Assembly (NCBI RefSeq): GCF_018350175.1
Contig: NC_058368.1
Coordinates: 47,122,001-47,186,000 of the forward strand
Length of the DNA: 64,000 bases
Origin: Felis catus
Taxonomy: Eukaryota
Reading direction: 5' to 3'
Position numbers and translations under genes: made by a program. The notes beneath the pieces were generated by a model. That model saw only the letters and a program-made list of their open reading frames with translations, was not told the DNA's origin and ran no database searches. Shown here piece after piece: positions 1 to 13,934 of the stretch (within the stretch, counting starts at the first letter, position 1; the number at the start of each line of letters is the position of its first letter).

Positions 1-329
1 ATCAATTTCTATATTTATGAGGAATTAACCATTAAAAAAAATTGTCTTAATCTTTACATCACTTGAATTATATTATCATACAGTTATCAGGCTTATAAAA
101 CTTTACAGATCTCCTATTCACTAATCCACTGACACTGTTTGGATATTGAACTAGTATTAAGTTTAAAAAGGTTTTAACATTCTAGCAACTTTGGAGCTAA
201 AATTTCCGTGATGTTTCATTATGTAGTTAGGTATATCCAATTTATACTCTACGAGAAGAAATCCATTGAAATCTACCTTTATTTCATTGTTTATTTTTTA
301 CATCCTTATAAACTTGGCCTTTCCAAAGA

Positions 330-720
330 TTCAAAGAATGCAAAATCGGAGAAACAAAAGGAAATTGATTATATTATGATTCGAGCCAGGTGCCCAAAAG
401 TAGACACTGATTTTTTTTTAATTATATTCAGTGCAAAAAGAGATAACACGATCCCTATTTACAGTAGTTCATCTTGGCCTTTAATCATTTGTTTATCCAC
501 AAGACTATTGATTGCCACTTCAGCAAAGAGAACCGCAGTGACACAGGGGTAAGAAGAGAAGCAGTGTAATTCGGTGCTGTTGGCTGTTGCACGCGATGAA
601 ACTATAATTCACAAAGTGATAGATAACAGAAGGTAATTTTATGGTTACTAAGAATGAGTTTGCATTTGTTTGTGTAGTTACTATATAAATTTATAGATGC
701 ATTTTGTTTGTATCGCATTT
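330..720. promoter_or_regulatory. Candidate enhancer / conserved non-coding element
   Basis: No recognisable repeat. About 8 CpGs in AT-rich DNA, with FOX (tgtttat), GATA (agataa x2) and CDX/HOX (ttttatgg) motifs. Motif evidence only. Confidence 0.3.
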
Positions 721-2269
721 TAAATTTTAGTGGCTGAGCAGGAAGAGGATTGAAGTAGTACAAGGAGTATGTTCATGAACTCCTTTAGCAGCCACTTGTA
801 AAGGTGGACTGTAATTCAACATGAAATAGGTTCAGAATGTTCCCACAAACTCATTATAAATCAAGCTGCTTCGAAGGTATGGTGTTATTAAGTTTGTTTT
901 TTGATTTTCTCTTGCCCTTCCTCCATCATCTTATCTAGAAAAAGAGTTTAAAGGCAGGAAAAGTAATTCAGCAAGGACCTACTTTTAGTGGCTGAAATAA
1001 AAAGAGTCTTGCTAGATACATTTCACTAAGCCATAAATGCAGTTCCAAGAGTCAGGGATTTTTTTTTTCCCATATCATTGACTGACTTTGTCATCTGCTA
1101 TCTAGCCAGAGTTTGATAATGAAGCAGTTAATTTATGCACGCAAAATTAGACGTGTATTTTGGACGCTGTAGATTGTTGGCACAGGAGTCCAACTATAGT
1201 GATGAACCTCAACTGATTCCAATCATGATGCTGCCGGTTGCCTTTTGTGCATTAAGCCCAGTTAAAATATGTCAGGAGTTATAGAGGTTTACTTTTTGTC
1301 CTTGTATAGATGCTGGAAAATCATTTAATATAGATCATTATGGTTTATATGTGGAAGCTTCACGTCTTATAATAAAAAGTAGAATTGAAGCTGGTAAGAG
1401 CAATCTCAAATCTACATTTAGAAAATTATCCAAACATCACACCGTAGGTCCTCTCGAGACTGAATTGCTTGAGGACAGGAATTATGTTTCACACATTATA
1501 ATGGTTGGCACCCAGTTGATTTTCAATGTATGTATATTGAACAGGACTGGACTAGACCTTGGAAAACCTGTTTCATGTAATGAATGGTTTTCCCTAATGC
1601 TTCTTAAATTCTCAGTGCACATTCTTACCTGGCGAACAAGCTATTTCCTCATTCTGAGGTGTCCTCCACATTAGTCATCATGAAAATTGGTTCCCCCTAC
1701 ATCTTCCAATCTCTATCCTAGAACCTGGCATGAAATAGGCATTACATACTTGTTTACTAAACAAAGAAGAATAAATGTGAAACATTTGGTAGCCATAAAG
1801 TATCAGAAGTCTAAAAAGTTAGAGTAGTGGAGAATTACACACTGTAAAAGCTGTCTTCATTTGAAGCATGAAATCCTAATTATTGCTCATTCAGCTAATT
1901 ACTTAAACATTCTTTAAAAGTAGATTTAAAAGATTTCCAACTTCAGCAATCCCTATGCAAAGCCAAATGAGCAAATGACTACATAAAGATCTGAAGAATA
2001 AAACCGTTGCATAGATGCTAAATATTATTAGGAATAGCTTTTATGTTTTAATGAAATTAAACAAATCAAATATGTGTTTATTGAGTGAATATTATAGCTT
2101 TAGCCCGAGCTGCATCCTTAGGACATTTTTTTAAAATGTGGCATTCCCTGCTTCTAGAAACTTTGAACACAGCTATAAGGAAACAGTCTAATGAAGCAAT
2201 TACAGATCAATGACAGATTAAACCATGGCATACCAAATGGGACTAATCACTCTTCTCTAAATGCAATCA

Positions 2270-2605
2270 ACATTTTCCTACTTCCCTACACTTGAACACA
2301 ATATTCCCTGTACCTGGATTGCCTTGCACCCATTTCTGCACATCCCAAAGTCTAGTCTTCCTCCTCAGTTCATGCCACCTTATTCTAAAGCCATTCTTAG
2401 TCACACCACTAAGAATCACTGTGTCCTTTCTCCACAACGTCACTACTCTTTGACCTATAACCCACAGTTAGCATAGTCTCCTTTACATAACAAATTTTCA
2501 CATTGACTCTTCATACCTAGACTGAAAGCCCCCTAAGGATCAGAACTTACGTACGTGAGAATGCCAAGCAGTGTCTGGCACCTAAAAAATACTCAATAAT
2601 AATTT
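2270..2605 (+). mobile_element. L2 LINE 3' fragment
   Basis: Degenerate L2 3' end: ctagactgaaagccccctaagg...cagtgtctggcacctaaaaaatactcaataat. Confidence 0.6.
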
Positions 2606-2656
2606 CTGTCCTCCTCCTTTTCTTCTTTCCTTCTTTTGCTTTAGTAGGCATTTTTA

Positions 2657-2873
2657 TTTTTTTTTTCAACGTTTATTTATTTATTTTTGGGACAGAGAGA
2701 GACAGAGCATGAACGGGGGAGGGGCAGAGAGAGAGGGAGACACAGAATCGGAAACAGGCTCCAGGCTCTGAGCCATCAGCCCAGAGCCTGACGCGGGGCT
2801 CGAACTCCCGAACCGCGAGATCGTGACCTGGCTGAAGTCGGACGCTTAACCGACTGCGCCACCCAGGCGCCCC
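2657..2873 (-). mobile_element. Young felid Can-SINE (SINEC_Fc type)
   Basis: Reverse complement of the GGGGCGCCTGGGTGGCGCAGTCGGTTAAGCGTCCGAC head, (CT)n tract and A tail. Perfect 15-bp TSD tagtaggcattttta at 2642-2656 and 2874-2888. CpGs intact. Confidence 0.97.
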
Positions 2874-2894
2874 TAGTAGGCATTTTTAAATAAT

Positions 2895-3540
2895 CGCTAT
2901 TGAGTGACATAATAAGTTGAACTCATAGCTGGTATGATAGAAGTATGGAAACTAATATGGAGTAGAAAGATGGGAGTTGTAGTAATCAAAGATTATTTCA
3001 TAGAGAAAGTCCAACTTCAGCTGGAATTTAAGGAAGAATAGAGGCTATACAGAGTGACTTGAATAATAAACAAGATCTGCAAAAGTATGAATGCCAGAGG
3101 TTACTTGTGTAGGGAACTGGAAGGCCAGCACTATTTAATGTCACATTTGGGAAAGTTGCTGGAAATATGGCTGGAGATGGGGTAAGGTAGATGTCAGAGG
3201 AGCCTGATAGTTGGGCACAGTGCTTTGAACAGTAAGGTAACAGAAAGATACTGTAATCTCATGATCAGAGGAGAGAAAGAAAGAAATTAGAATTTTCAGG
3301 AAGCCTAATCTAGCAACAGAGTGTGGCACAGAATAACCAAAGGAAAAAAAAAAGGATAGATTGGATAAGACCAGCTAAAAAGGAGCTGTAGTAATTAAGA
3401 ATGAAATAGTGAGTTTCTAAATGAGGGTTACAGCCATATAGATGGAGAATTTAGAGATCAGTCTGAAACAGATGAGATAAATGGAATATGAGATCAGCAT
3501 ATCAGATAAGGACTTGGTAACTTTTTATATAGAGAGCAGT
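2895..3540 (-). mobile_element. L2 LINE fragment
   Basis: Purine-rich antisense L2-like sequence (tattgagtgac...ttttcaggaagcctaatctagcaacagagtgtgg...aggacttggtaac). Confidence 0.5.
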
Positions 3541-3719
3541 GATTTCCTTTCTTTCAAATTTATTACCATGTAAACATTTTTACAGGACTGACACAGTTTT
3601 TGTGGAATCTTGTTTTGCCAAGTAAGAACATTAAAATAACAAGGCAACACCTACCACTGCCATGTTTTCATGAAAAAGAAGATATTTTAACACTAAAAGT
3701 CAGCGAGGATTTTCCTGTA

Positions 3720-4030
3720 TTCTCTGCTACAGGTGTTTGCGTGCGATTTTCATTGCCCTGGAGTGACCCCCATACTCTTTGAAATTCCACTTATCCTTCA
3801 GGACCACCTCCAGAATCACTTCTCCATGAAATATTTCATGATAAGCATGTAGAGACAGTGGAATGTGGTTACTTGCCCTATTGTGCATATCACATTCTTT
3901 CTCATATTAAATATATTTATTTGCATGATTGCTTCTTTTATTACAATGTAAGTTCTTTAAAGACATTCACCTTAAATTATTCCTCATTGAGTAGTTGGCA
4001 CAAAATGGGTGCTCAATACTTGAAAAGGAT
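3720..4030 (+). mobile_element. L2 LINE 3' fragment
   Basis: caatgtaagttctttaaagac...tggcacaaaatgggtgctcaatac resembles the L2 3' terminus. Confidence 0.55.
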
Positions 4031-5352
4031 AAAAAGTGATGGAAAGGCTTCTAATCTCAGAGCAGAAAGCAGATAGCGGTAGTGAGAAAAATGGGAAAAG
4101 GAGCTGGTTTGGAGAGGAGGTGACAGGGGTCCATTCTTGATTTGTTGGATTTTAAGATATGGATTAATAACTGGGATAGTAACAGGAAATATTAGTAATT
4201 TGAAGTATGAGTGAAATTCTAGAAACTGTGCTCAATTATGTTGTTATCTACATAGAAAGAATCTTTGAAATAGATAATACCTTGCTGGAGTAGGACTGAA
4301 CAGAGAAGAAAATAAAATATGATGAGAATTCTTGAGACTACCTGTCTCCAGTGGGGGAAAAATGAAGAGAAACTGATGGAAGATATGGAAAAGAGGAAGG
4401 GAGAGGGAGACCAGTAAAAGGCATTGTCCTAGAAGCCATTGAAGGACTGGCTTCAAAGACTGGAGGTCAGTACTCAAACGCTGAAGAGAGTTACCCTTCA
4501 TGATTTCTACAAGCAACCCTGATGAACAAAATAAATAGTACTAAAACTGACTGCAAAGTCTGACTTACAGCCACCATTAAGTTATGGCCTTGAGAGAAAA
4601 AATCAAGTAAGAATACATTACCTGTTGGGATGTTACAAAAAAGAAACAGCTTCACAACAGCTACAAATTGTAGAGTAGATGCTTCACAACACTATGTCAA
4701 TGAAAATAGTTCATCAAGAAAGGTTATATATAATTCTGGTTCAATGTACACTAATTTATTTTTCATTCCATTTTTAATGAATTCACATTAGAGAGGTTCT
4801 TTTGAAGTCGTAATGTGTTATTTTTAATAATTTATTTCTGAACTTTAAAAATTAATAATATTTGCACAGGGCCATTTTATAATCACAATATGGTACTTCA
4901 AGGTGTGAATTATGGTACAATAACTCATAACTTGTGCATTTCAACAAGCACTCATCCTATGGCCTCATTCTTAGCAAAGCAAAAGGTATGAATTATTATG
5001 CAATAACTCATGCTTTGTCACATATTATTACTTAATTATGGAGGAAGAGGAGAATTTCAACTAATTTCAGTCTTAAAAAATCTAACATTTTATCCTCAAG
5101 AAAATCTCAGATGCTTATTTGACACAATTGAATCACTTTACGTCTTTTTCCATTCAGACCACTCTGTATTAACTTTTTATAGCACCTTGCCCTACTTCTT
5201 GCAAATCTCGGGAAATCTATAATAGAGAAATTGAAGATCCCTACATAGTTCTTTATCCTATCTTTAATAGAATCGTTCATTTAGATCCAAAAAGAAACTA
5301 TATTACTTCAATACTTTTTCAATGTATTACAAAGAAAACAAGCAGGAGATAA

Positions 5353-5431
5353 GGGAGGGGAGGAGAGGGGAGGGAAGGGGAGGGAAAGGAAGGAAGGAAG
5401 GAAGGAAGGAAGGAAGGAAGGAAGGAAGGAA
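5353..5431 (+). repeat. Purine microsatellite (GGGGA)n/(GGAA)n
   Basis: Directly visible tandem repeat. Confidence 0.95.
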
Positions 5432-8400
5432 AATCAGGTTAAAATATGAATATCTATTAACTATGATGATTTTCTGATAGAATTTTTAAACAATTGAAAA
5501 TGCCTTCAAGATAGTACAGAATATACTTGTCTATAATCATTAGAAAAGATCATATATAATTTCCAGAAAAGGATATAAATATTCTTTCAGGACCGTATCT
5601 CAAATAGTCATTGGATGATAGTGAAAGTTTCCCTTGAAATCCAAAGCAATGAAATTATTTATTTAATGCTTTCTCTGGTGTTAAAGGATTTTTTTTTCTG
5701 CCCTTAAGAAGTTTACAGTGTAGAAAGGGAAATGAAAACAGAAGACTAGACATATTACAAAAGACAAATAGCAGTCAATAAAATAGCCTAGATACCAAAC
5801 AAATACTGTAAAGTAGAAGGGCTCTAATCTTTCAGATACGTCATTAAAGAATGATGTATTAAAAACTTGTACAGTTTGTGTATTAGAAAAATGAATAAAA
5901 ACTCAGAGAGAAAAAGACCATGTGCCTGTAGAGAAAACCACCATTGCTACTGACCAGCTAATGCTGACTGATCGATCAGTCTATCTCCATTACCACCAGT
6001 CAAATCAGTCAACGAATTAATGTTGGAACTTTGTTACATAAACTTTTTCAGAAGCTAGTCTTTTCTCCTACGTTACCTATGATCTCCCTCTTATTTGCTC
6101 TTTTTATGGTATTTTTTTTTTACCTTAAAATTAAAAGTGTGAATATCAGTGACCTAAGCCTGGAGATCTCATACATTTAAACTTTATGGAACCTTCTCAA
6201 TCAATATAAAGAATTTTGGTGACACCACTAAGAAAACAGCAGGATAACACAGGGAGCAAAGCCATGCTTCAGAGCCGCTGACTTGCTTGACTTACCTTGA
6301 GCTTTTATGCTAAACCATTAACACCTTCTAACAAATCTTTCTCTCCTAAGGGATACATTGGCCTCTCATACTTCAGTTTAATGTTCCAGTGATGGCTATA
6401 TAATCTGCCAGTATACCTCCAAAGTAGCAAAACAAGGTGAGTGTTTTCAATTACTTTTTAAGATCTCTGATGATATAGCAGCACTGTCGGGTATCAGCCC
6501 TTGGTCTCTTTCAAGCTGGTTTAAACTCAGTTCATCCTGTTGTCCTGATTTGTGTATATATATAATGTCATGTGCATATGGTCATGAATTACCAGGACCC
6601 AGGAGGAACCAGGATACATGTTTTTATACCATTTGTGACATAGCCAGTGATTATATCAATGGACTTAATAGAGTTCATTGTTAATGTAATACTTATTAAA
6701 ATAGGACTTTGATATTAACCACTCACGTAATGCTTTATGTAGGTTTTGTTTTAGTTAGGTTATGTGACACAAAATAAATTTTGTATGTTTTTTGGTAACA
6801 CATATACCCAACATAAAGCAGTATACTCCCGTAGTCACAGATGTCTTCCTTACACGATAAAGTTATTTTATCTAGAATATTCATAAATCTTTTGAATTTT
6901 TATTTAGACAAAAAATTGATAAACTTAAGATAATCATGGTGATCACTGCTTTGCTTAAGGTCCCACTCTTTCTGTGTTCATGAATGCTTTAAAAAAAAAA
7001 GCTTTCTTAAAGAATAAATTATTCATTTAATGAGAACAATAAAAATAAGATGTTTTTCTTCATAGAATGAGATAAATTCCTAATTAGTTTTCTGATTTGC
7101 TGAGGTCTGGATCTCATTTAATATTTCCTGGTTCTGAATGCAATATAGTTTTATATACTCTAGTTAAAGAGCTATGACAAGGAGTTAAATGCCACAGCAA
7201 CAAACAATTAAGAAAATTAATCTTTTTAAAGGAAAATAAGGGCAGAGCAGTGAGAGTTCACCTCAGAATGGCAAACACTGGATGAGGAAAGCAGATTACT
7301 AAAATCATATTAAAGTATAATCAGACAGTGTATAACAACATTTATTGTTGCCATGTGTTTCTACCCCATTCGCTTAGCAAGATCTATCACAGATGTCCCT
7401 ACTAAGTCCTCTTCAATACACATACAAGATTGAACTCATGGACCCACACTCCCTATGAGAACTTTCCCTGTCACGTAGAGAAAAGAGCTTATTCGTAACG
7501 CACAACAAAGTTACTCCTGCAGGCGTGGGGAAGGACCACTGGCATAGACCCCAAAGCTGCTTCATCTCATCGTCTCCTGTTCCCATCTGAGACAAATCCT
7601 TGTCTCCAACCACCTTGAAAATGAATTGGTGAACTCTCTGATTGGTACAATTTATCTGAGGAATAAGCTAGCTAGCTGATCTGCAATATAAAAGGTAAGC
7701 TGGAAGAGCAAGCGATGTTTGGTGACTTTCCAAGTATTTCTTGAACATGTAAAGAAAACGACCAAACTAAACAAACAAAAATGTAGCTCATGCTCTTTTC
7801 TCTAAGTTTGTCCAGTTAGTTAGTTTGTATTATTTAGGTCTTTGTGGTTATTTTTCTGTGTTTATCACCTAATAGTTTGAATACCTCTCATAGAAGGAAA
7901 AGATAATTCTTGCAAGCATTCTATCTTCTGTGCCTCTAAATAAATAAATAAAACTGGTTAAAGAGTAAAACCCCAAATATGACTCAATTAGCAATCGCCA
8001 ACACTTTTTGAAAATTTCTCCATAAAACGGGTTACTTCATAAGTGCACACGCCATTTATTTTTTTGAAAAGAGCTATGAAGTCAATTATTTTATAGTACA
8101 GTAGCCTATATTCCTATAATCTAGCTAAAACTTAGCAAGGTGGTTTGTTATATCCTTATAAATGTCTGCCCTTTTAACATGCTGTAAATGCATTCTAAAA
8201 TTTGTGCTAGGTTCTGGTTGTTATGGGGAAGAATTAATGCATTCTATTAAATTTAACTTTTGCTGAAACACTCTTACATCAGCTAAAGCTTAGAGCTGTA
8301 ACTGGAGACTAGCTTCCACAGCAATTAAGGAATAAAATACCTGGCTTTTATAATCCATCTTTTGTTCTGGGAAATGCCTATACTTAAATCAGTATGGTGT

Positions 8401-10489
8401 TAGACAAGGACTTGTGACCACTGAATATTTAACTTCATCAAAATCCATCCATACTCAGTGCTTTGACAAGTCCGTTACTAGGTAGGTTATTATTTAAACA
8501 AGCGGGAGCCTTTCAGTTAAGCGTATACTGTAATTGGTCAAGGGATTAAACTATATGTTTGCTCAGAAACCTACTATACTCCACAACATACAGAATGAAA
8601 TTCTTCAGCCTAACATGCTTGTCCAGCCCACCATCCCCTAAACCTATACACCAGATTTAGCCACCTTCATCTCTTTCAAAAGCAGTGGTCTATTCCTATC
8701 ATTCTACTACTGGAATGCCCTCTTCTTATTTAAATTCTTCCAGTTCTACAGCTTATTGTAAATGCAGTGTAATCCAGGATATCCCCAACTAAAATTAGCC
8801 TTTAGATCTTCAGTGTATAGCCCCTTTTCCAGTCTGCCTGCTTCTGGTGCAAGTTATATGAGTGCTTACCTCTCCACTCATACCACATCTAAGATGTTAA
8901 AAATCTGTTCAATAGAAACACAATTTGAAATATGTTCTTAGGTTTTCTCTGTAGCTCAGTACCTTGGACATAGCAGGTGCCTGTTAAATATTTACAGACT
9001 TGAGATAGACAGTAGAGTGTCCCTCCATTAGACTCAGGTTAAGAGGGACTGCTCCCCTCGGTAGCCCTCATGCTTTAGGGGTCCCTGCATATTACAAACA
9101 CACATGCAAAACTAAATATTTTTTAAAAACACAAATTTACTTTTATCATTAGGATCCATCACTTACCTTTGGCACAGCATGACTCCTGGTGTTAAACATC
9201 TGCTCTGTATCTAATAAAGCTCAGGCCCCACAGAAATGCTTCTCTGTGTCTCTTTGCCCAGTGTCCTTAAAACAAGACAACTGTGTTACAGTGTCCTAAG
9301 CTTTGTAGGTTATGCAGTAACCAGAAGCACTTAGGTTACAAAGAAGACATATTAATTAAATTAAATTCTTCTTCTCAAAGAACATGAATACAATATTACA
9401 TGGGGAGTATTGTTCCTCAGTAATGCCCATCAGCTTTTTTCTTGTTTCTAAAATATCAAATTGAGATTCAGCTTTGTTTAAATGCTTGTACTGATATTCA
9501 TGAATAACTTGTATTCTTACTTTCAATAATCAATAATTTTAAATTGCTAGAAGAAAATAAGTGTTTATAAATAGAGTACATTTAATTTTTTAATTTTAAC
9601 TTTTTGTAAGTATATTTTTATGAAAAGTAAAATTAAATTAAAAATTCAAATTTTGTACTATTTAGTGATTGCAGTGGCAAAATTAAGAAAGGTTTTGTTT
9701 ATGAATTTTTCTCGCTGTTGTATTTTATAATAAAATGTTCATTTTATTTTTTGAAAACATGTATACAAAAACACACATGTATAAAAATTACCCATAACTT
9801 AATCACTTGCATTATTTAAGATTTAAATGGAAACTGGCCAGTGTCTACTACGGCTAAGATTTTTGTGCATAGCCTTCTAATCTTTCCAGTGTATTTTCCT
9901 GACCTTATACAGACATATATTCATACCAGCACATATACATTTTTGAACAAAAATTTGACTTTTGAAATATACATTCATCTGCCAACACAATACCTTCAAA
10001 TTTCCAAAAGCAAAATTTAAATGGAGATTATGAAAAGAAAAAGAGTTTTTTCTAATTGCTCTAACCTTCTCCAAGTCATCAAAACAGAATCCTTTGATGC
10101 TAAATTCATCTGGTTTCTTTTCTTGCCTTCCTAAATTTAGTATAGTCTAGTTTTCTTTCTGGAATTGAACTCCCTTACTGATACACTTCCACACACTACC
10201 TGTCCCAGATTACTCAAGTCCTTTTTTGGAAAGCAACTGATACACAGAAATTAACCCCTATTTTTGGAGCCCCATAAGTAGAAACCCTAAAACCATCTAC
10301 AGAATAAAAAAATTAATTCCCCCCAGTGGCCACCAACAATGTCACCTAAAGTCAGTGGCTCCCATAAGAGAATCAGTAGACTTCTTAAAACTAGAAGATG
10401 GGTTTTCAGTTTTGAATGAAAAGGAATGACCATTCTGTAGTCTAAAACTCTGTCTTAAGTTCAGACAATGGTTGGACTTGTCCACAGTG

Positions 10490-10800
10490 CTCAACTGAGG
10501 GAAATGTGAGAAAAAAGCAAATGGCTGAGGTTCTCCTGCAGGCCACGTGTCACTTTCACCATCAGAAGAGAGGATGGGGAGGATTTCTGGACAGCTATTT
10601 CCAAACGGAAGATTTCACCCTGAACTCCCTCCTACATTTAATCAACTGCGTATGTTGTTTATTGCTTCAGTGCCGTGAACATTATCGCTTAATTAAATTG
10701 TTTCACTCTTTGTCATAAATGCCACATCTCTTTAAAGCCATGCTTTATTTAGTTAAAGTTTGTTTTATCATTCACAAAAAGTATTATTAAACTGAATGGG
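10490..10800. promoter_or_regulatory. Candidate enhancer
   Basis: E-box CACGTG 10544-10549, ETS-like cggaag, FOX tgtttat, TAATTA, gtcataaa and retained CpGs. Motif evidence only. Confidence 0.3.
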
Positions 10801-12888
10801 TGACTATTTCAGCTCAGGTTAAAATCAATAATATTTAGTTGGGCCCTAGGTGCTAAATTCTGAAACCCCATGTTTTGCACTTTGCAGTGGCCCTATATCT
10901 AAACATCACTGACGGTTCTTTCTCCTGTGTTCATCTATGATTTATGGCTGTTCTAGTAGGTGGGACGAGGCTTCAAGGCCTCCTGCAGTGTTTAAGCTTC
11001 CAATAATCAGGGGAGTTTTCGTTTCCTACTCTTTTTGAACTGAGACTGTCATTCTCAATTTTAGAAACCCATTTAAAAAATAGAATTTTTAAAAGTTCAG
11101 AGCTTAATCTGTTTTCCGAAATGGTTAATATCTGACTTTTAGGGGGAAAAAAATGTACTCCTGTAAAACAGGCCCTCGAATTTCACATAAAATAAAGTCA
11201 ACTTAGGTCCTTGAAAAAAGATTTTTAGCTCTTTCTTAATTCTTCTTTACTCCAAGATAATCCGATGAGAGATGAAGTCTTCAAATGCCTTTAAGCGGTT
11301 TCAAACATTAAAATTTTTTTAGCAGCAAACTTCTCATTCATGAAACTATAACTCACGCTTTAAGGAATGGTGTTTCTATTTTCCTATTTAATTTACATAA
11401 TGAAAATAGTTATAAATAACATTATCACAGTACTTAATATCAAAGCCTAAATGATTACTAATTGCTTAAACACGGTAAAAGTTTGTCATTCACTCACTAT
11501 AAAAATTATTTTTCATTATGTTGGGCATGTTGGAAACAAACAGCAAAATTTTACCAAAAGATACCCCCCAAAAATGAGACCTATGTTTTTAAAGAAAATA
11601 AATTTGCAATCTAAATTACTGCTAACTTAACAACAACAACAACAAAAATCACCCAAGGACTAATTTGAATTACTAAGGTGTATTTTGCCGGAAATCATCT
11701 TTAGAAGGGGAAGCACAAATATTCAGTTTCTGTAGCTGTATTACAATGTCAGCATCCCTTTCTATCAACCTATCTTAAAAAAAAATAATTGGTTTTTAAT
11801 TATATTAGGATTTGTTTATTTGTTGAAACACTGATAAGAATGAAATTCGAAAAGTCCTTAGTGATTCCTCTTAAGTGCTTTATATTCTTAAGTCATTCTG
11901 TCCATTCAAGTTCAATGTGAAAAGAAGTAAATGAAAACACTACAAACATACTACTTAATACTGAGAATGTGAAGTATGTGCTTTAAACCTGTACTTTTAA
12001 CTGTTTTGAAATATAAAAAAATTAGAGAACAAAGCGTTTACTTTTAACAACTCTGTAGGTCATGTGATGATTGTACGTACTTTGAATCTTTCATTCTTTT
12101 AACTAACAGACTTAACAACCAAAAGAATAACTTACATAATTATTTTCATTTATCTAAATGCTACTCGGCCATGCGAGTTGTGTAAGAAATTCCTAAAAAG
12201 AATTCAAACAGATAGTCCAACTTGCCTCAAAATTAAAGTCCTGTGTGAAAAAATCTGAGGGTGTATACGGAGAATCTGGCCTCCTTGCAACACAGTCTCA
12301 GAAGAATAGAGACCAAGCTCCTGACAGGTTGAACCCGATACTGAAATACTTGACTACATCATTTTAATTGTCATTAGTAAGGATTTACATCTAAAAAATC
12401 AGAAACACTTTAAGATTATTGACTTATACCGAGGGATGTTCAAAAGTCTCCCTTCCCTTTATTTTCAAACTTCTATTTGTAGGGAAAGGAAATAACCTTT
12501 ACTGTATAGTAGGTATAAAAGGAACCAGATGATTCATCTCTGTGAATCTGCTTGTTGAATTTGATGGATCATTCTTAAAAGCGACGTTGCTAATCTTCAG
12601 GTTTTCTTTTTTAGGTTATTCACAGATCAGTAGGTTTTCCAGCTAATACAGGTCTGATGCTCTTCTGTCTTCACACATGGTATTCATCATATCTTGACAA
12701 GAAAAGACCTTCAGTCTACAAATAACCTTCACTGAAGTAAGACATGTAAGTGGGTTTCTTTATGAAAGATAGATTTTATGGCTGAATAAAAAACAACTGT
12801 AGTTAAAAAGTGTCATTGCATGGCCTTATTTGAAGATTTTTCCTTCAAGGAACTTTAATGTTTGTTATTGAAACTACTAATAGAGCAA

Positions 12889-12957
12889 CAAAAAAAAAAA
12901 AAAAAAAAAAAAAAAAAGAAAAAAAAGAAGAAAAGAAAAGAGAAAAGAAAAAGAAAG
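12889..12957 (+). repeat. Poly-A / (GAAAA)n tract
   Basis: Directly visible A-rich run with no obvious SINE or L1 body attached. Confidence 0.9.
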
Positions 12958-13934
12958 TATTAAATTACTTTATCATTAACCACAAACGCAACAGGAAGGG
13001 TTGATCAGCTCTGTATTTTATCATTCTGAAGCGTTCAGCCTTTAAAATATTTAAGCATCCACATTAGTTCTTGTCAAACTAGCACAAAGCAGTGCATAAT
13101 ATGACCCACATGTAAGAGCAGAACAAGATAAGAGGTTACAGTCAGGGTGAAATTTCCACAATGGGATCGCCCTGCACTATAGATCATAGTTTGGCTTCTT
13201 GTTTCCAGACAATTACTAAATGAGGTTGAGTGTTTTCTTTATGTTTTCACTTGGTCATGCTAAGAGTTTAGTTGATATTGAACTTCCAAGGATGAAACAA
13301 TACATTTGAGGCATCCTACACACCCTGTATTATTTCATATGGCCAATTAGAAAAACAAAGTTGATCAGATTTCATGGTGTCAGATAGCGTGATAATCTGG
13401 GTTCTCATGGTACAAATGACAGCTTTAAAGAAAGTATTAAGAACTATTAAGGTGGGCAAGCACCAAAATGATTTCTCACTGAAACTACAGTGTCTGAAGA
13501 ATCCCTTTGCATAGATCCTATTGTGCACTGATTGAAAGAATAGCTGAGACAATTCCTTAAGACACTCTTTAAATTCTGTTATTTTTCTTTAACTATATTA
13601 ACAAAAACCTATATAAAACAAAACATATCAAAATATGATTGTCAGTAAAATTAGTGTAGGGCATTTAAAAGCACAAAATTTTGACCCTACTATATGGAAT
13701 GAGGGAAGGTAAGGAGGAAGAGGTTGCCAGGAAGGGGTTAGACAGTACTAAAAATAATAATCCTACCAAATCTTAAACCTCTATTTCCCACAGACATTTA
13801 TTAGATACCCTGTCCTTGTCTAGCTTTTAATACAAACAATGGTCCTGGAAAAAAAAAATACCGTTAGTGATATATAAGGAAATTTCACAGCAATAGGGGT
13901 ATATCTAGTCAATCTACCCCAACTTTTAATCCAG

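Noticed and set aside
208..552. 114-aa + strand ORF
   Set aside because: Starts at GTG, has an AT-driven F/I/Y-rich composition, no recognisable homology and no supporting exon structure.
731..877. Possible + strand exon (ttttag|TGG...GAAG|gtatgg)
   Set aside because: Stops in all three frames and no independent support.
5966..5981. 16-bp perfect palindrome gactgatcgatcagtc
   Set aside because: About one palindrome of this length is expected by chance in 64 kb.
11420..11436. Partial match to miR-101 on the minus strand (agtactgtgataa)
   Set aside because: The 5' end and seed do not match fully and no hairpin is evident.
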